This document shows, piece by piece, positions 17,398-28,860 of a stretch of 28,912 nt of DNA (position 1 is its first letter; every line of letters begins with the position of its first letter). Both the position numbers and the translations under genes were made by a program. The notes under the pieces were generated by a model. It searched no databases, had not been told where the DNA came from, and saw only the letters and a list, made by a program, of their open reading frames with translations. This DNA is from a virus, in UHGV virus genome UHGV-1359478; one strand, written 5' to 3'.

Positions 17398-18429
17398 TTA
17401 GTCGCTGTATTTCATCGACAGGATGGTGATAGCTTCCGGACGGACTGCCCAGCCAGCCGTAGAGCGCATTTCTGACAGCACGTCGATAGCGCCCCCGGGG
17501 ATTGGCGTCGGGATTTCCATCGGTGCCGCCATGTCGGTGAACATCAGGGCGTTCGCCGCCAGAGACGGGCTCAGTTTGGCGAATTCGTTGGTGTTCACGG
17601 TGGAGTTGGCCATCGGCACTTCCACTTCCGGGACGGTGATAACCACCGCGTCAGTACCGCCGGCACCGGCGCCGATCAGCGTGTCGTCGTACACCCAGTC
17701 AACCTGAACATTCGCGCCACGGAGAATCTCTTTCACGGTGCCGCCGACGGTATCAGTACCGCCGCCAGGACGCTGATAAGATGTCAGCTGAACGATCTGC
17801 TGAATCTCCATCGCGCCCAGCACTCGCTGCGGACCGAGGATAACAACACGCTGCTGGCGACCCAGTTGCATGGTGCGGGTCAGCGCGGCCTGTACATGGC
17901 CCAGCAGATAGACAGCCATCTGTCCATGGTCGTAGGTCAGCACAGTGGTGTTGCTGTTGCTGTCCGGCGGCAGGGTTTCGGTGGTCGCGCCTGCGGTGTT
18001 CAGCAGACCTTCGCCGCCTGCCGGGTTCATGCCGTACAGCAGCGCAGAACGCAACTGCTGGAAGATGCCCTGACGCATGCCGAGACGCTGAGCTTCTGGC
18101 AGAGCCACGTTCCAGTTACCGGCCGCCGCGGTGTCGTGGTGATCGTAGATACCACGGCAGCGGAACAGGTAGGTTGGAGTGGAGATCATGCGCGCCTCGA
18201 GCGCCACGCTCGGCAGCTGGTTGGCGTTGCCGGACTGGCTGGAGGTTACCTGGGTACGAATATCCAGGCGGCGCATATAAACGTACTGGTCGCCTACGCC
18301 AAGGCGGACCTGCGGGTTACCGCTGGCGATGGTTTCGAACGCACCGGACGCCTGCTGGTAACCAATGATCAACTCCGGCGCAATATACGACGGGTTGACG
18401 ATGGTGTAGCTGGGGGTAATTGCAGCCAT
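17398..18429 (-). CDS. Major capsid protein candidate
   Basis: 343-aa ORF downstream of the protease/scaffold gene, followed by a strong terminator (typical of highly expressed capsid genes). Confidence 0.55.
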   Translation of the reverse strand: MAAITPSYTIVNPSYIAPELIIGYQQASGAFETIASGNPQVRLGVGDQYVYMRRLDIRTQVTSSQSGNANQLPSVALEARMISTPTYLFRCRGIYDHHDTAAAGNWNVALPEAQRLGMRQGIFQQLRSALLYGMNPAGGEGLLNTAGATTETLPPDSNSNTTVLTYDHGQMAVYLLGHVQAALTRTMQLGRQQRVVILGPQRVLGAMEIQQIVQLTSYQRPGGGTDTVGGTVKEILRGANVQVDWVYDDTLIGAGAGGTDAVVITVPEVEVPMANSTVNTNEFAKLSPSLAANALMFTDMAAPMEIPTPIPGGAIDVLSEMRSTAGWAVRPEAITILSMKYSD

Positions 18430-18442
18430 TTAAAGCTCCCGA

Positions 18443-19303
18443 TTAAAGTAAGACCAGCGCGCAGCTGTCGGTGTTGTTCCAGGTAAGGAAGCCCGTAGCG
18501 CTGTCATAGCTGACAGTTTTAGAGTTCCCACTCTCGATGGAGATGACTTTCACTGGCAGGGTGATGTCTGCCTGAGCAACAGCGCCGATAGTGCCCTGCG
18601 TGGTCGCGGAGCCGCCCGGCGCGCTGGCAGGCGCATAGGTGAAGGTTGTCGTACTCGGTACGCTCAGCACAACGACGGTGCCGTTATAGGCAGTCGGAGC
18701 TACGCCGCTGATCTTCACGTACTGGCCTGCAGTCAGACCATGTGCAGAGGCAGTGGTGGCGGTGGCCACGCCGTTCGAGTAGGTAACAGCGGTCGTGTCA
18801 ATGTCAGCACCGGCAAAAGCCGCCGCGGCTGCGGTGGTCACCTGGTTATTGACGAAGTCCCACGCCAGCGGCGTTTTCACCGATGCGCCAGCGGTTCCGA
18901 GCGCTACCACCTGCGCTGAAGCTTTCAGCGGAACGCGCATGTTGGATCCAAGGCGGTAGAATGAAACGCTCATGCCGGACGCATACAGCGGAACCGGTGA
19001 TTGCGGAGTGGTAAGGCCGTTGTGGGCCTGGTTGAAGACGGTGAAGCCTTCGAGTTCAGCCAGTGACACAGCGCGACGAATAGTCGACCCGCGAGGACTG
19101 GAGTTCACGCCGGGCAGCAACTCGGCAACCGGCAGGCCACCCCACAGCGGTTTGGTTTCGGTGGCGGCGACAGTGCCGGACGCCAGGTTAAAGCGATTTG
19201 CCGGATCATCCAGAGCAACGCCCTGAATGAAGCCATCAGACTGCACACCGAAGGAACCAGCGGCATTCGTGGTCGCCATCGGGTTAAGAGATAAATTAGC
19301 CAT
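18443..19303 (-). CDS. Capsid-associated protein (possible decoration/cement protein) with the shared ~60-aa module
   Basis: 286-aa Ala/Thr/Gly-rich ORF between the scaffold and capsid genes. Module HGLTAGQYVKISGVAPTAYNGTVVVLSVPSTTTFTY. Confidence 0.4.
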   Translation of the reverse strand: MANLSLNPMATTNAAGSFGVQSDGFIQGVALDDPANRFNLASGTVAATETKPLWGGLPVAELLPGVNSSPRGSTIRRAVSLAELEGFTVFNQAHNGLTTPQSPVPLYASGMSVSFYRLGSNMRVPLKASAQVVALGTAGASVKTPLAWDFVNNQVTTAAAAAFAGADIDTTAVTYSNGVATATTASAHGLTAGQYVKISGVAPTAYNGTVVVLSVPSTTTFTYAPASAPGGSATTQGTIGAVAQADITLPVKVISIESGNSKTVSYDSATGFLTWNNTDSCALVLL

Positions 19304-19318
19304 GCTTCAGAGCTCCCG

Positions 19319-20935
<1,617 letters not shown>

Positions 20936-20944
20936 TTAATGCTC

Positions 20945-21766
20945 CTATGCTGCTTTCATGGACTCCAGGAACTTGCGGCCCTTCTGGGTCAGCATGTCCT
21001 CGGGAATGCTGCGGAGGTTGTACAGATAGGTGACGTAGCACCGACAGAAAACCTCTTCGCCAGGCTGCGTAATTTCGTCGAGATAGCCGGCAGGGCCAGC
21101 TTTGACATAGCCATTTTTCTGCGCCCAGTTCCCGCGGATGAGATAGATCAGCTTGTCCCTCTCCTTGTGATCTTCCCGGTAGTCGTACCCTGGCTGGCGC
21201 CAGTGGCTATGCCACTCGGCAGCAATCGCGTTGTTGCCCGTCGCGATGATGTTGTCGATATTGGCGATCAGCTTATGGCTCTGGTCAATCATCACGCGGC
21301 GCGCTTCATAGTCCACCTTCTCGGCGGCCTTCTGAATGTGCGCCGCCGTCTCCCGCATCGTTCCCTGAATGCCGGTCAGCGCAATGCTGTCTGCTGAGGG
21401 AATGCTGCTGGCCCATCCGCTAAACCGCGACAGAGTAGTGTCGATGGCTTTCTTGCGATTCAGCTTTATCAGGTCAGCGCTGGCCAGGATGCGGCGATCC
21501 AGCTCGCTGCGTAACTTCGGCTCCATGTAGTTCAGCGTGAAGCGCGAAAGCCCCTTGTGGCGCTCCAGCGCTCCAGCCTTGCTCACCTGCAGGTCATAGG
21601 TCTTACGCAACCGATCCGACACCATGCTCATGTAGTCGTCATCGGTTTCGCTTTCGGCCGCCTGCCGGATAATGGCCTGCCATTGCTCCAGCTCCTGCCT
21701 CGAGGTGTAGCCATTGCGCAGAAAGAACTTCACCGCCTCGCGTACGGTGCGCGTGAAAGTCTTCAT
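20945..21766 (-). CDS. Head morphogenesis / minor head protein candidate
   Basis: 273-aa ORF immediately downstream of the portal gene, the usual position of SPP1 gp7/Mu F-like proteins. Confidence 0.45.
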   Translation of the reverse strand: MKTFTRTVREAVKFFLRNGYTSRQELEQWQAIIRQAAESETDDDYMSMVSDRLRKTYDLQVSKAGALERHKGLSRFTLNYMEPKLRSELDRRILASADLIKLNRKKAIDTTLSRFSGWASSIPSADSIALTGIQGTMRETAAHIQKAAEKVDYEARRVMIDQSHKLIANIDNIIATGNNAIAAEWHSHWRQPGYDYREDHKERDKLIYLIRGNWAQKNGYVKAGPAGYLDEITQPGEEVFCRCYVTYLYNLRSIPEDMLTQKGRKFLESMKAA

Positions 21767-23178
21767 AGCATCATCCCGCCGCCGGGCTCTTCATCCCGTG
21801 GCTGTTCAGGCCGGTTAGCCTTTAACGAGTCGATATCGAGATCAAGTCGCTGCGGGAACAGGCTTTCGTTAGCGTTCGCGTTGGTCTGCGCCCACTCGAT
21901 AAGAAGCGCGCGGTTCTCATCATCCGTGTTGACCTGCGGGAGAAGGACTTCCAGCATGCTGACGATGGCCTTAAAGCGGATTTCGTCGACCTTCACTTTT
22001 TCGCTTTCCGGCTCTTTCAGGGATGACGGCCAGCGATATTCGAAGTTGTTAATCCATGAGGAGAAATACAGGCTGTACGTGTTTTTAAGCTCCGGGAAGT
22101 CAGCACGCAGAGAATTGAAAAACTCAATGCTCCAGGCGCGATACTGGCAAATACGGATGAAATAGTCATACAGCGGCTCAAGCCACTCGCGGATGTTGTC
22201 GATGTAGACTGCAACAGATCGAGCGTCTTCCGTCCCCTCGCCGAAGCCCTGGGCGAATGTTTCCGAGTTCAGAATGATAGCCGGCATGTCAGCTGCCGCA
22301 GCGATATTCTCCAGAATGTGATTCCGGGAGGAGTCGAGCGGCTTTTCCAGGTTGCTCAGGTCGATGGATTCGATGCTGTCATTTGCGCCGATCTGCAGGA
22401 CTTCGCCTGTCTTCCCTCGCTTCAGCATCATTCGTTTGATGCCGCTGAGCTTTTGCATCATGTTGTTGACGACTGAGCTAGGTCCCTGAATCTTCGTTAC
22501 CAGCAAGCCACCCTTCACGGAAACCATGTCATCGGTGCGCATGGTCTGGATGAAGGATTTCAGCGGGAACAGAGCGCGCTGGTAAACGCTGCGACCGGTA
22601 AAGCCAAAGGCAGCAGAGTTATAGGCCAGATAAATCGGGTCCTCGTTCTGTTGCACAACACAGCGGGATTTGTGATACGGCTTGCCCGCCACTCTGATCC
22701 CGTCGACCTTCTGAAAGTCCTGCGCGTTCGGATCCTGGTTCAGGACGATGCTTCCGGCAGTGTTCAGCGGGTCGAGAATGTTGAATGTCACGTTGTGCTT
22801 ATACAGCGTGCGGTAGTCCACCGCAGAGGACGGCTCCTGGTTATCAACCAGCATTGCGATCGCCGAAACACCGTAAATGCGAGAGATGCGCGCCGCATTA
22901 GCGATGTGCTTATCGGCGCCCAGTGCTTTCCACTCCCGCTCAAATGCATCGCGGAGACGCTGCTCAATGCCATACGCCTGCGAAATGTGAACCGTGCGCG
23001 ACTCGTTCATCGCCATCTTGATCGGGCGATCTACCATTTTCCCGCCCAACGGGTGGAAGAGGTAAATCGTTTTGCAGGTCTGATAGCCAGCCGACATACC
23101 CGGCTGAATGTCATCGCTGTCCAGGAGCGTGATCAGCTCCGGCGAGCAACTGCCGATTGCGATATCATCTTCGTTCAT
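21763..23178 (-). CDS. Portal protein candidate
   Basis: 471-aa ORF immediately downstream of large terminase, acidic C-terminus; called from size and order. Confidence 0.55.
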   Translation of the reverse strand: MNEDDIAIGSCSPELITLLDSDDIQPGMSAGYQTCKTIYLFHPLGGKMVDRPIKMAMNESRTVHISQAYGIEQRLRDAFEREWKALGADKHIANAARISRIYGVSAIAMLVDNQEPSSAVDYRTLYKHNVTFNILDPLNTAGSIVLNQDPNAQDFQKVDGIRVAGKPYHKSRCVVQQNEDPIYLAYNSAAFGFTGRSVYQRALFPLKSFIQTMRTDDMVSVKGGLLVTKIQGPSSVVNNMMQKLSGIKRMMLKRGKTGEVLQIGANDSIESIDLSNLEKPLDSSRNHILENIAAAADMPAIILNSETFAQGFGEGTEDARSVAVYIDNIREWLEPLYDYFIRICQYRAWSIEFFNSLRADFPELKNTYSLYFSSWINNFEYRWPSSLKEPESEKVKVDEIRFKAIVSMLEVLLPQVNTDDENRALLIEWAQTNANANESLFPQRLDLDIDSLKANRPEQPRDEEPGGGMML

Positions 23179-23189
23179 TGGTTTTCTCG

Positions 23190-24521
23190 CTAGAGTGCGT
23201 CGCCGCTACCGAACGCGATGATCAGCCCGTAGGTGTAATCATCCAGCAAATCGTCGGCGCGCTTGTGCGCGTTCTTATCGGCAAGGTGGAATCGTGATAC
23301 CTGCTTATGCAGATGGTTTGCTGTTTCGCCCTTGAAGACTGCCGTCTTCTCGTAGGCGTATCGGGATATTTTCGCCAGCCCGCGGTAGTGATACCCAGAG
23401 GCCATAATGGCGCGCTCGTCCTTCCCTTTGCTGGTCAGGGCGGATTCAATTTTGTTGACCGGCCATCCCAGGCTCTCGCCTTTCTGCAGGAGGATGCTGC
23501 CCATACTGGCGTCTTCAATGAAAACGCCGAGGCTGCCATTTACAGCGACGCACTGGCCGGATAGCTCATTCAGCCTGGTGAAAACGGACGGAATCCACTC
23601 TTCCAGCAGCGCGCCGTCGATCTGCACCACATCCCAGTCAAGAATGGTCAGGCGCTGAATTCCGGGCCGGGTGTCGACGGCGTAGTAAACCACCGCCGTG
23701 CCGTCGTGCTCTGTACCGCCCTTAACTGCGGTATCCATGACAGCGAAGACGGCCTGACACATCTCCGGGTAATCGACAGGCTGATCCTGGTTTTCACCCT
23801 CGAACCATTTGCGAACGTCGAAAAGCGACGCAGCGGACCAGTCGACGAACTCGGCTAGGAACTCCTGCCGGAAAACGCGCGGATCGTTGTTCTGTCGCTC
23901 TTTCTCCAGCTCCTCGGGAGGAACGAAGGGGTTTGATGACGTCGGCGCGTGATGCTCATGGAAGCCGAGGTCTTTGTTATGGCAGATGGCATAGAAGAAA
24001 TTTTCTTCGTCCACACCGTCAGGTGTTGAGAATACGTAAGCCCGGCCCTTTGTCGTCAGCAGCGTCGGCTTAATCGACTTCGGCCAGATTTCCTTCAGCA
24101 TTTCAGGCGACTTGGTAAAAGCCGCCTCATCGATCAGGATAATTTCGTACTCACGACCACGACCGGCCAGTTTGTTGTCGTTGGTGACCCAGAAGTCAAT
24201 CTTCCCGCCGTTCTTCAGCAGCAGGCGCTTTTCCTGCCGGCTAAAACTCTTTTTCAGCGGCAACAGGATTTCTTCCAGCTTGTCGTAGATCTCCTGGTAC
24301 TGGCGATACTCGGCAGTGAAGATACCGACCCGGCCGCCCAGCTCGATGTCCATGCCCGGGCGCCGAAACTGCGACGTTGCGTAGGTCACCGCGGCGCTCG
24401 ACAGCATGAAGGTTTTCCCCCAGCGTCGACCACAGCGAACCGCATTCAACTGGTGATCCCAGGAATCAGACCAGACCGTTAACTGCCCGTTGTGTAGCGT
24501 GGGTAGGTAAATGTCGGCCAT
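23190..24521 (-). CDS. Terminase large subunit
   Basis: 443-aa ORF with Walker A-like GRRWGKT and Walker B-like IILIDEA; follows the small terminase gene. Confidence 0.85.
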   Translation of the reverse strand: MADIYLPTLHNGQLTVWSDSWDHQLNAVRCGRRWGKTFMLSSAAVTYATSQFRRPGMDIELGGRVGIFTAEYRQYQEIYDKLEEILLPLKKSFSRQEKRLLLKNGGKIDFWVTNDNKLAGRGREYEIILIDEAAFTKSPEMLKEIWPKSIKPTLLTTKGRAYVFSTPDGVDEENFFYAICHNKDLGFHEHHAPTSSNPFVPPEELEKERQNNDPRVFRQEFLAEFVDWSAASLFDVRKWFEGENQDQPVDYPEMCQAVFAVMDTAVKGGTEHDGTAVVYYAVDTRPGIQRLTILDWDVVQIDGALLEEWIPSVFTRLNELSGQCVAVNGSLGVFIEDASMGSILLQKGESLGWPVNKIESALTSKGKDERAIMASGYHYRGLAKISRYAYEKTAVFKGETANHLHKQVSRFHLADKNAHKRADDLLDDYTYGLIIAFGSGDAL

Positions 24522-24524
24522 GAT

Positions 24525-25265
24525 TTATCTTCCCGGTATTGGCAGCGAGTTATGCACGACGATCGCGTTATCCTTGTCGCCGTCTTTCAGTACATCAATT
24601 TCGAGCTCAACCTTTTCGGTCGCGGCTTCGCGGTAAGCGGCATCAACGCGCTGCTTGATAATCGCCGCCTTGGTGTACTCCAGCGACTCAATGCGCGCAG
24701 TGTTGCGATGCATGGCTTTCTGCGCCTGAGAGATGAGGTCGTGCAGATCTTTGGCCTGCTCGCTGGCGGCTGTCTCCAGCTCTGTCTGCCAGCGCCCGAT
24801 ATTCTCTGCCGCTGTCAGGCTCGCCGCTCGCAGCCAGAAAAGCTCATCGTCGAGCGTGAGCATCTTGGCATCTTCGGTGATGGCGTCAGATAGCAGCATC
24901 CGGCGGCCATAGCCACCATGCTTTAATGCGTTCTGGTTGCCAGGCTGGAAGGCGTTCGTCGGCGGAGCAGTGCGCGATCCGCGTATCGGTTTCGTTTCTG
25001 GAGATTTTGAGTGGGCGCCTGTGTCGGGCTGGTTTTTTTTCACCTCCCCGTTTTTACTGACCCCGCCTTTCTCCTTCTGCGAATTCGCAGATTTGTTCGC
25101 ACTTTTTTTTTGCGAATTCGCACCGTAAGTCGTTACTTTGATATAGCGTTTCGCAGATGAGTAATTCAGTCCCTGCGCTGCGCACCAGTCTTTCGGGGAT
25201 ATTCCTGTTTTGGCATGCTCGGCGAGGAACTGGTGTTGCAGTGCTCCCCAGTCCGGTTTTGCCAT
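24525..25265 (-). CDS. Terminase small subunit
   Basis: 246-aa ORF with N-terminal helix-turn-helix-like region, low-complexity basic linker, FQPGNQNALKHGGY motif resembling small terminases; GAGGTAAGGA Shine-Dalgarno. Confidence 0.6.
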   Translation of the reverse strand: MAKPDWGALQHQFLAEHAKTGISPKDWCAAQGLNYSSAKRYIKVTTYGANSQKKSANKSANSQKEKGGVSKNGEVKKNQPDTGAHSKSPETKPIRGSRTAPPTNAFQPGNQNALKHGGYGRRMLLSDAITEDAKMLTLDDELFWLRAASLTAAENIGRWQTELETAASEQAKDLHDLISQAQKAMHRNTARIESLEYTKAAIIKQRVDAAYREAATEKVELEIDVLKDGDKDNAIVVHNSLPIPGR

Positions 25266-25322
25266 AGTCCTTACCTCGTTGTGACATTATCGAGCCACCT
25301 CTGGAAGTGGCTCTGTAATGCC

Positions 25323-25790
25323 TTACTTCAGGCACTGCGTGGTGATGTATTCCTGCAGGGCTCTCAGGGCTGTTTGGTCGCTGAGGATTCCGGACCGGAT
25401 ACCGAGAACGTTTCGTCCAGCAACTGCAGAGAGTTCGACGGTGGCATCATTGCCCATGCCGGAGGCGCTGGAGGTTTTGGCTGAGGCTGGCACAGGGCAT
25501 TTTCCTTTGACGAGCACCCGACCACCATTATCAAGCTTGCGCCGAAGAGCATCATTTTCAGCTTTCGCATCAGCTAACTCCTTCGTGTATTTAGCATCGA
25601 GTACATCAGCAGCACGCTGGCGTTGCTGCATGTCAGTAATGGTGGCGGTCGCCTGCTTCAGCTCACTGACTTTTTTATCTCGCTGCTCTTTGTAGGCGAT
25701 GGCGTTATCACGGTAATGATTAACAGCCCATGACAGGCAGACGATGATGCAGATAACCAGAGCGGAGATAATCGCGGTTACTCTGCTCAT
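25323..25790 (-). CDS. Rz: Spanin inner-membrane subunit Rz
   Basis: 155-aa ORF with N-terminal TM segment and coiled coil; high similarity to lambda Rz from memory; overlaps the R stop. Confidence 0.85.
   Translation of the reverse strand: MSRVTAIISALVICIIVCLSWAVNHYRDNAIAYKEQRDKKVSELKQATATITDMQQRQRAADVLDAKYTKELADAKAENDALRRKLDNGGRVLVKGKCPVPASAKTSSASGMGNDATVELSAVAGRNVLGIRSGILSDQTALRALQEYITTQCLK
25364..25570 (-). CDS. Rz1: Spanin outer-membrane lipoprotein Rz1, embedded in the +1 frame of Rz
   Basis: Lipobox-like MVVGC followed by a Pro-rich stretch [11 protein letters not shown]; lies wholly inside Rz. Confidence 0.7.
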   Translation of the reverse strand: MRKLKMMLFGASLIMVVGCSSKENALCQPQPKPPAPPAWAMMPPSNSLQLLDETFSVSGPESSATKQP

Positions 25791-26263
25791 ACCTCAATCT
25801 CTCTGACCGTTCCGCCAGCTTCTTTGAATTTTGCAATCAGGCTGTCAGCCTTATGCTCGAACTGACCATAACCAGCCCCCGGCAGTGAAGCCCAGATATT
25901 GCTGCAACGGTCGATAGCCTGACGGATATCACCGCGATCAATCATCGGTAAAGCGCCACGCTCTTTAATCTGCTGCAATGCCACAGCGTCCTGGCTTTTG
26001 GGAGAGAAGTCTTTCAGGCCAAGCTGCTTACGATAGGCATCCCACCAACGGGAAAGAAGCTGGTAGCGTCCGGCGGCTGTTGATTTGAGTTTGGGGTTTA
26101 GCGTGACAAGTTTGCGAGGGTGATCGGAGTAATCAGTGAATAGCTCTCCGCCAACAATGACGTCATAACCATGATTTCTGGTTTTCTGCCGTCCGTTATC
26201 AGTTCCCTCCGACCACGCCAGCATATCGAGGAACGCCTTACGTTGATTATTGATTTCCACCAT
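25787..26263 (-). CDS. R: Endolysin (lambda R-type lytic transglycosylase)
   Basis: 158-aa product [51 protein letters not shown]... nearly identical to lambda R as I remember it. Confidence 0.9.
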   Translation of the reverse strand: MVEINNQRKAFLDMLAWSEGTDNGRQKTRNHGYDVIVGGELFTDYSDHPRKLVTLNPKLKSTAAGRYQLLSRWWDAYRKQLGLKDFSPKSQDAVALQQIKERGALPMIDRGDIRQAIDRCSNIWASLPGAGYGQFEHKADSLIAKFKEAGGTVREIEV

Positions 26264-26570
26264 CTTCTATTCCGGCTTTTTTAGCAGCGAAGCGTTTGAT
26301 AAGCGAACCAATCGAGTCAGTACCGATGTAGCCGATAAACACGCTCGTTATATAAGCGAGATTGCTACTTAGTCCGGCGAAGTCGAGAAGGTCACGAATG
26401 AACCAGGCGATAATGGCGCACATCGTTGCGTCGATTACTGTTTTTGTAAACGCACCGCCATTATATCTGCCGCGAAGGTACGCCATTGCAAACGCAAGGA
26501 TTGCCCCGATGCCTTGTTCCTTTGCCGCGAGAATGGCGGCTAACAGGTCATGTTTTTCTGGCATCTTCAT
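26247..26570 (-). CDS. S: Holin/antiholin (lambda S-type) with dual-start MKM motif
   Basis: 107-aa product [39 protein letters not shown]... nearly identical to lambda S as I remember it; overlaps R start. Confidence 0.9.
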   Translation of the reverse strand: MKMPEKHDLLAAILAAKEQGIGAILAFAMAYLRGRYNGGAFTKTVIDATMCAIIAWFIRDLLDFAGLSSNLAYITSVFIGYIGTDSIGSLIKRFAAKKAGIEDGGNQ

Positions 26571-26690
26571 GTCTTACCCCCAATAAGGGGATTTGCTCTA
26601 TTTAATTAGGAATAAGGTCGATTACTGATAGAACAAATCCAGGCTACTGTGTTTAGTAATCAGATTTGTTCGTGATCGATATGCACGGGC

Positions 26691-26725
26691 AAAACGGCAG
26701 GATGTTGTTAGCGCGACCTCCTGCC
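26691..26725 (-). promoter_or_regulatory. GC-rich hairpin followed by GTTTTG in the late leader (attenuator/terminator candidate)
   Basis: Minus strand GGCAGGA-16 nt loop-TCCTGCC then GTTTTGCCC, ~130 nt upstream of S. Confidence 0.3.
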
Positions 26726-27020
26726 ACCCGCTTTCACGAAGATCATGTGTAGAAGGCCGCAGCGTAACTATCACTGATGAATTCAGGATAGCCAGTGGCT
26801 ACGGCTCAGTTTGGGTTGTGGCGGCCGGAATCGAACCGGCTTCCATCGGTGCGCTGCCGATTGCAGTACGCGCGGCGGTCAGCTACATGACTAGTATTTT
26901 CACTGTCGCCTATCTGCTAGCTCGCCATTGAGCTTCACCACAACGATAAGAGCACTGCGCGGCACCTTTCACCAATTCCGCGAGGTCTGCTGGTTCAATG
27001 CTCTTACCTGTTGTGCAAAC

Positions 27021-27058
27021 AAAAAAAGCCACCGTTGCAACTTAAGAGTCACTAACGG
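27021..27058 (-). terminator. Promoter-proximal terminator candidate (T7 tract after a weak stem) in the Q-S intergenic region
   Basis: Minus strand CCGTT...AACGG stem then TGGC-TTTTTTT. The stem is weak and the loop long, so this is tentative. Confidence 0.25.
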
Positions 27059-27072
27059 CAGCTTATGCGAAT

Positions 27073-27101
27073 AGTGTTGCTCATTTGCTCAATGATGTCA
27101 A
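27073..27101 (-). promoter_or_regulatory. Candidate late promoter (pR'-like) immediately downstream of Q
   Basis: Consensus -35 TTGACA at 27096-27101 (minus strand) directly after the Q stop; the -10 17 nt downstream (AACACT) is poor. Confidence 0.25.
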
Positions 27102-27107
27102 CACGTT

Positions 27108-27596
27108 CTATGCTACATGTTTAATTTTCTCTACACGTTTCCGATTTTTAAACGCACTATCCAGAACCGGGTAAATCATAAACAACGAGGCGTTAAGGAT
27201 TTCGTCAACTTCCCGTCGACAGGTTGCGAGCGATGGTTTTTGAATGCGCCCACCGCCACGGCATAACATCTTGCGAGGTCTTGCGACGCAATGATAGTAA
27301 GATGCAATGGCGTGCTTGGAAGAGCCATGAGCGTAGTAGCTGAGGAGGATACCAAAGGCTTTCTTGTCAATGCACATGACGGAATCGACGACCTGAGAAA
27401 TCAACATTCCATCATCATCATTACACATTGGCCTTGTCATAACTCTTCCCGGCTCTACGCTCTCCATGAACTTCGCTATTACGCTGCTCATGCGCTTTTC
27501 CAGACGACCTGAATAAACCCATGCGCCCCACAGTTCAAGCCAGCCATTCAGCCACTCATGCTGTTCTTTGGTGAGGTTTAGTTCTCTTATGCCCAC
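27108..27596 (-). CDS. Q: Late-gene antiterminator Q, QuuD/phage 21/82-like type (not lambda Q type)
   Basis: 162-aa ORF between ninI and the late leader. Motifs [24 protein letters not shown] resemble the QuuD/Q21 family as I remember it. Overlaps the ninI end. Confidence 0.65.
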   Translation of the reverse strand: MGIRELNLTKEQHEWLNGWLELWGAWVYSGRLEKRMSSVIAKFMESVEPGRVMTRPMCNDDDGMLISQVVDSVMCIDKKAFGILLSYYAHGSSKHAIASYYHCVARPRKMLCRGGGRIQKPSLATCRREVDEILNASLFMIYPVLDSAFKNRKRVEKIKHVA

Positions 27597-28258
27597 GCGC
27601 CTTCTCCCTGTACCTGAATCAATGTGAGGTTTCCGCAGAACACTGCGCCGGTATCGATATACATCTGGTTGGCAAATTTGAGTGGTTTCACTGCTGGCGT
27701 ATGACCAAAGATGAACGTGTCCGCGCCTTTGATTTCTTTCACGATCCCGTCTTGTGAGTTGCCGATTCGTTCGCGGTTCCAGATTACCTGCTGATGATCA
27801 ACTGGCTTTCCAAACTCGTATTCATCACAAGGATAATCGGCGTGGCAAATGACATATTTTTTACCTTTGCTCACCAGTTCGATGATTAACGGAAGTTCTT
27901 CTGCTTTATGGGAAAGAGCTTTAGCCAGAATTTCTTTGTCGTAATCGAGATTAAAGAACCAGCCACCGCCATTAAGCAGCCAGTGATTGACGTTTCCACG
28001 CTCTGATAAGCCATCAATCATCATGTGTTCATGGTTTCCACGTACAGCTCTGAACCAGGGGAATGTGATTAATTCCAGGCATTCGACGTTCTCTGTACCG
28101 CGATCGACCAAATCGCCCACCGAGATAAGCAGGTCTTTTTTGTTGTCGAATCCAATCGTATCCAGTTTGTTCATCAGGTTCGTGTAGCATCCGTGCAGAT
28201 CGCCAACTACCCAAATATTTCGGTATTTGCTGCCATCAATTCTTTCGTAGATATTCAT
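27587..28258 (-). CDS. ninI: Ser/Thr protein phosphatase (lambda NinI / lambda-PPase homologue)
   Basis: 223-aa product with metallophosphatase motifs GDLHG, GDLVDRG, GNHE; near-identical to lambda phosphatase as I remember it. Confidence 0.9.
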   Translation of the reverse strand: MNIYERIDGSKYRNIWVVGDLHGCYTNLMNKLDTIGFDNKKDLLISVGDLVDRGTENVECLELITFPWFRAVRGNHEHMMIDGLSERGNVNHWLLNGGGWFFNLDYDKEILAKALSHKAEELPLIIELVSKGKKYVICHADYPCDEYEFGKPVDHQQVIWNRERIGNSQDGIVKEIKGADTFIFGHTPAVKPLKFANQMYIDTGAVFCGNLTLIQVQGEGAWA

Positions 28259-28860
28259 GCAGCCTCACTTCTGCTGTTTCGCAGTTTTTTAAGTTTCTGT
28301 TGATACTCCGCCTTGATGGTCCTGCACTCTTCGACAGTCCAGCGATGGCGGTTATGGTTTGATTCGATTTCGTCTACTGCTTCCTGCCCGATGCGGTCAA
28401 TCAGTTCGACGCGATACGGAACGAGATTTCCGCTTTTGTGCTGGTTGCACACCACGCATTGCTTGTGAATATTGCGTTCATCAAATCGGAGTTGAGGCGC
28501 CGCAGCAGTTGTCCGGTAATGCCCGGCATCCCACTGAGCAGACGTGAGCGTTCCGCACGAGATACATGGTAAGTCGCGGTCTCTTTCTCTGATGAAGGCG
28601 TTTACGGCTTGTTGGGCTTGTTTAATCCAGTAACTGCGGGGCTTTAAGGCGAGTTTTCGAATCTTCAGTTTATCTTTCTGTTTCTGCTCCTCTCGTCGTC
28701 GTTTCTTCTCTGCTGCTTTTTCCGCTTTTTTTCGCTGTTTACTTTGTAGTTTGAGTGCTAACTGAGTTCCGTGTTCCGGGCAGCACCACCACTGATTTGA
28801 GAATGCCGGGTGAAACCATTCCTTGCATATTTTGCATTTCCTTCGCGCTGGTTTAGCCAT
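28255..28860 (-). CDS. ninG: NinG (Rap-like recombination-associated protein)
   Basis: 201-aa product [10 protein letters not shown]...CISCGT...CVVCNQHK with Cys clusters and basic [13 protein letters not shown] segment; matches lambda NinG from memory. Confidence 0.85.
   Translation of the reverse strand: MAKPARRKCKICKEWFHPAFSNQWWCCPEHGTQLALKLQSKQRKKAEKAAEKKRRREEQKQKDKLKIRKLALKPRSYWIKQAQQAVNAFIRERDRDLPCISCGTLTSAQWDAGHYRTTAAAPQLRFDERNIHKQCVVCNQHKSGNLVPYRVELIDRIGQEAVDEIESNHNRHRWTVEECRTIKAEYQQKLKKLRNSRSEAA

Noticed and set aside
26817-26886. A functional tRNA gene
   Set aside because: Only the T-arm and an anticodon-like arm fold; acceptor stem 5/7, no D-arm, non-canonical anticodon loop. Kept as a tRNA-like remnant finding instead.
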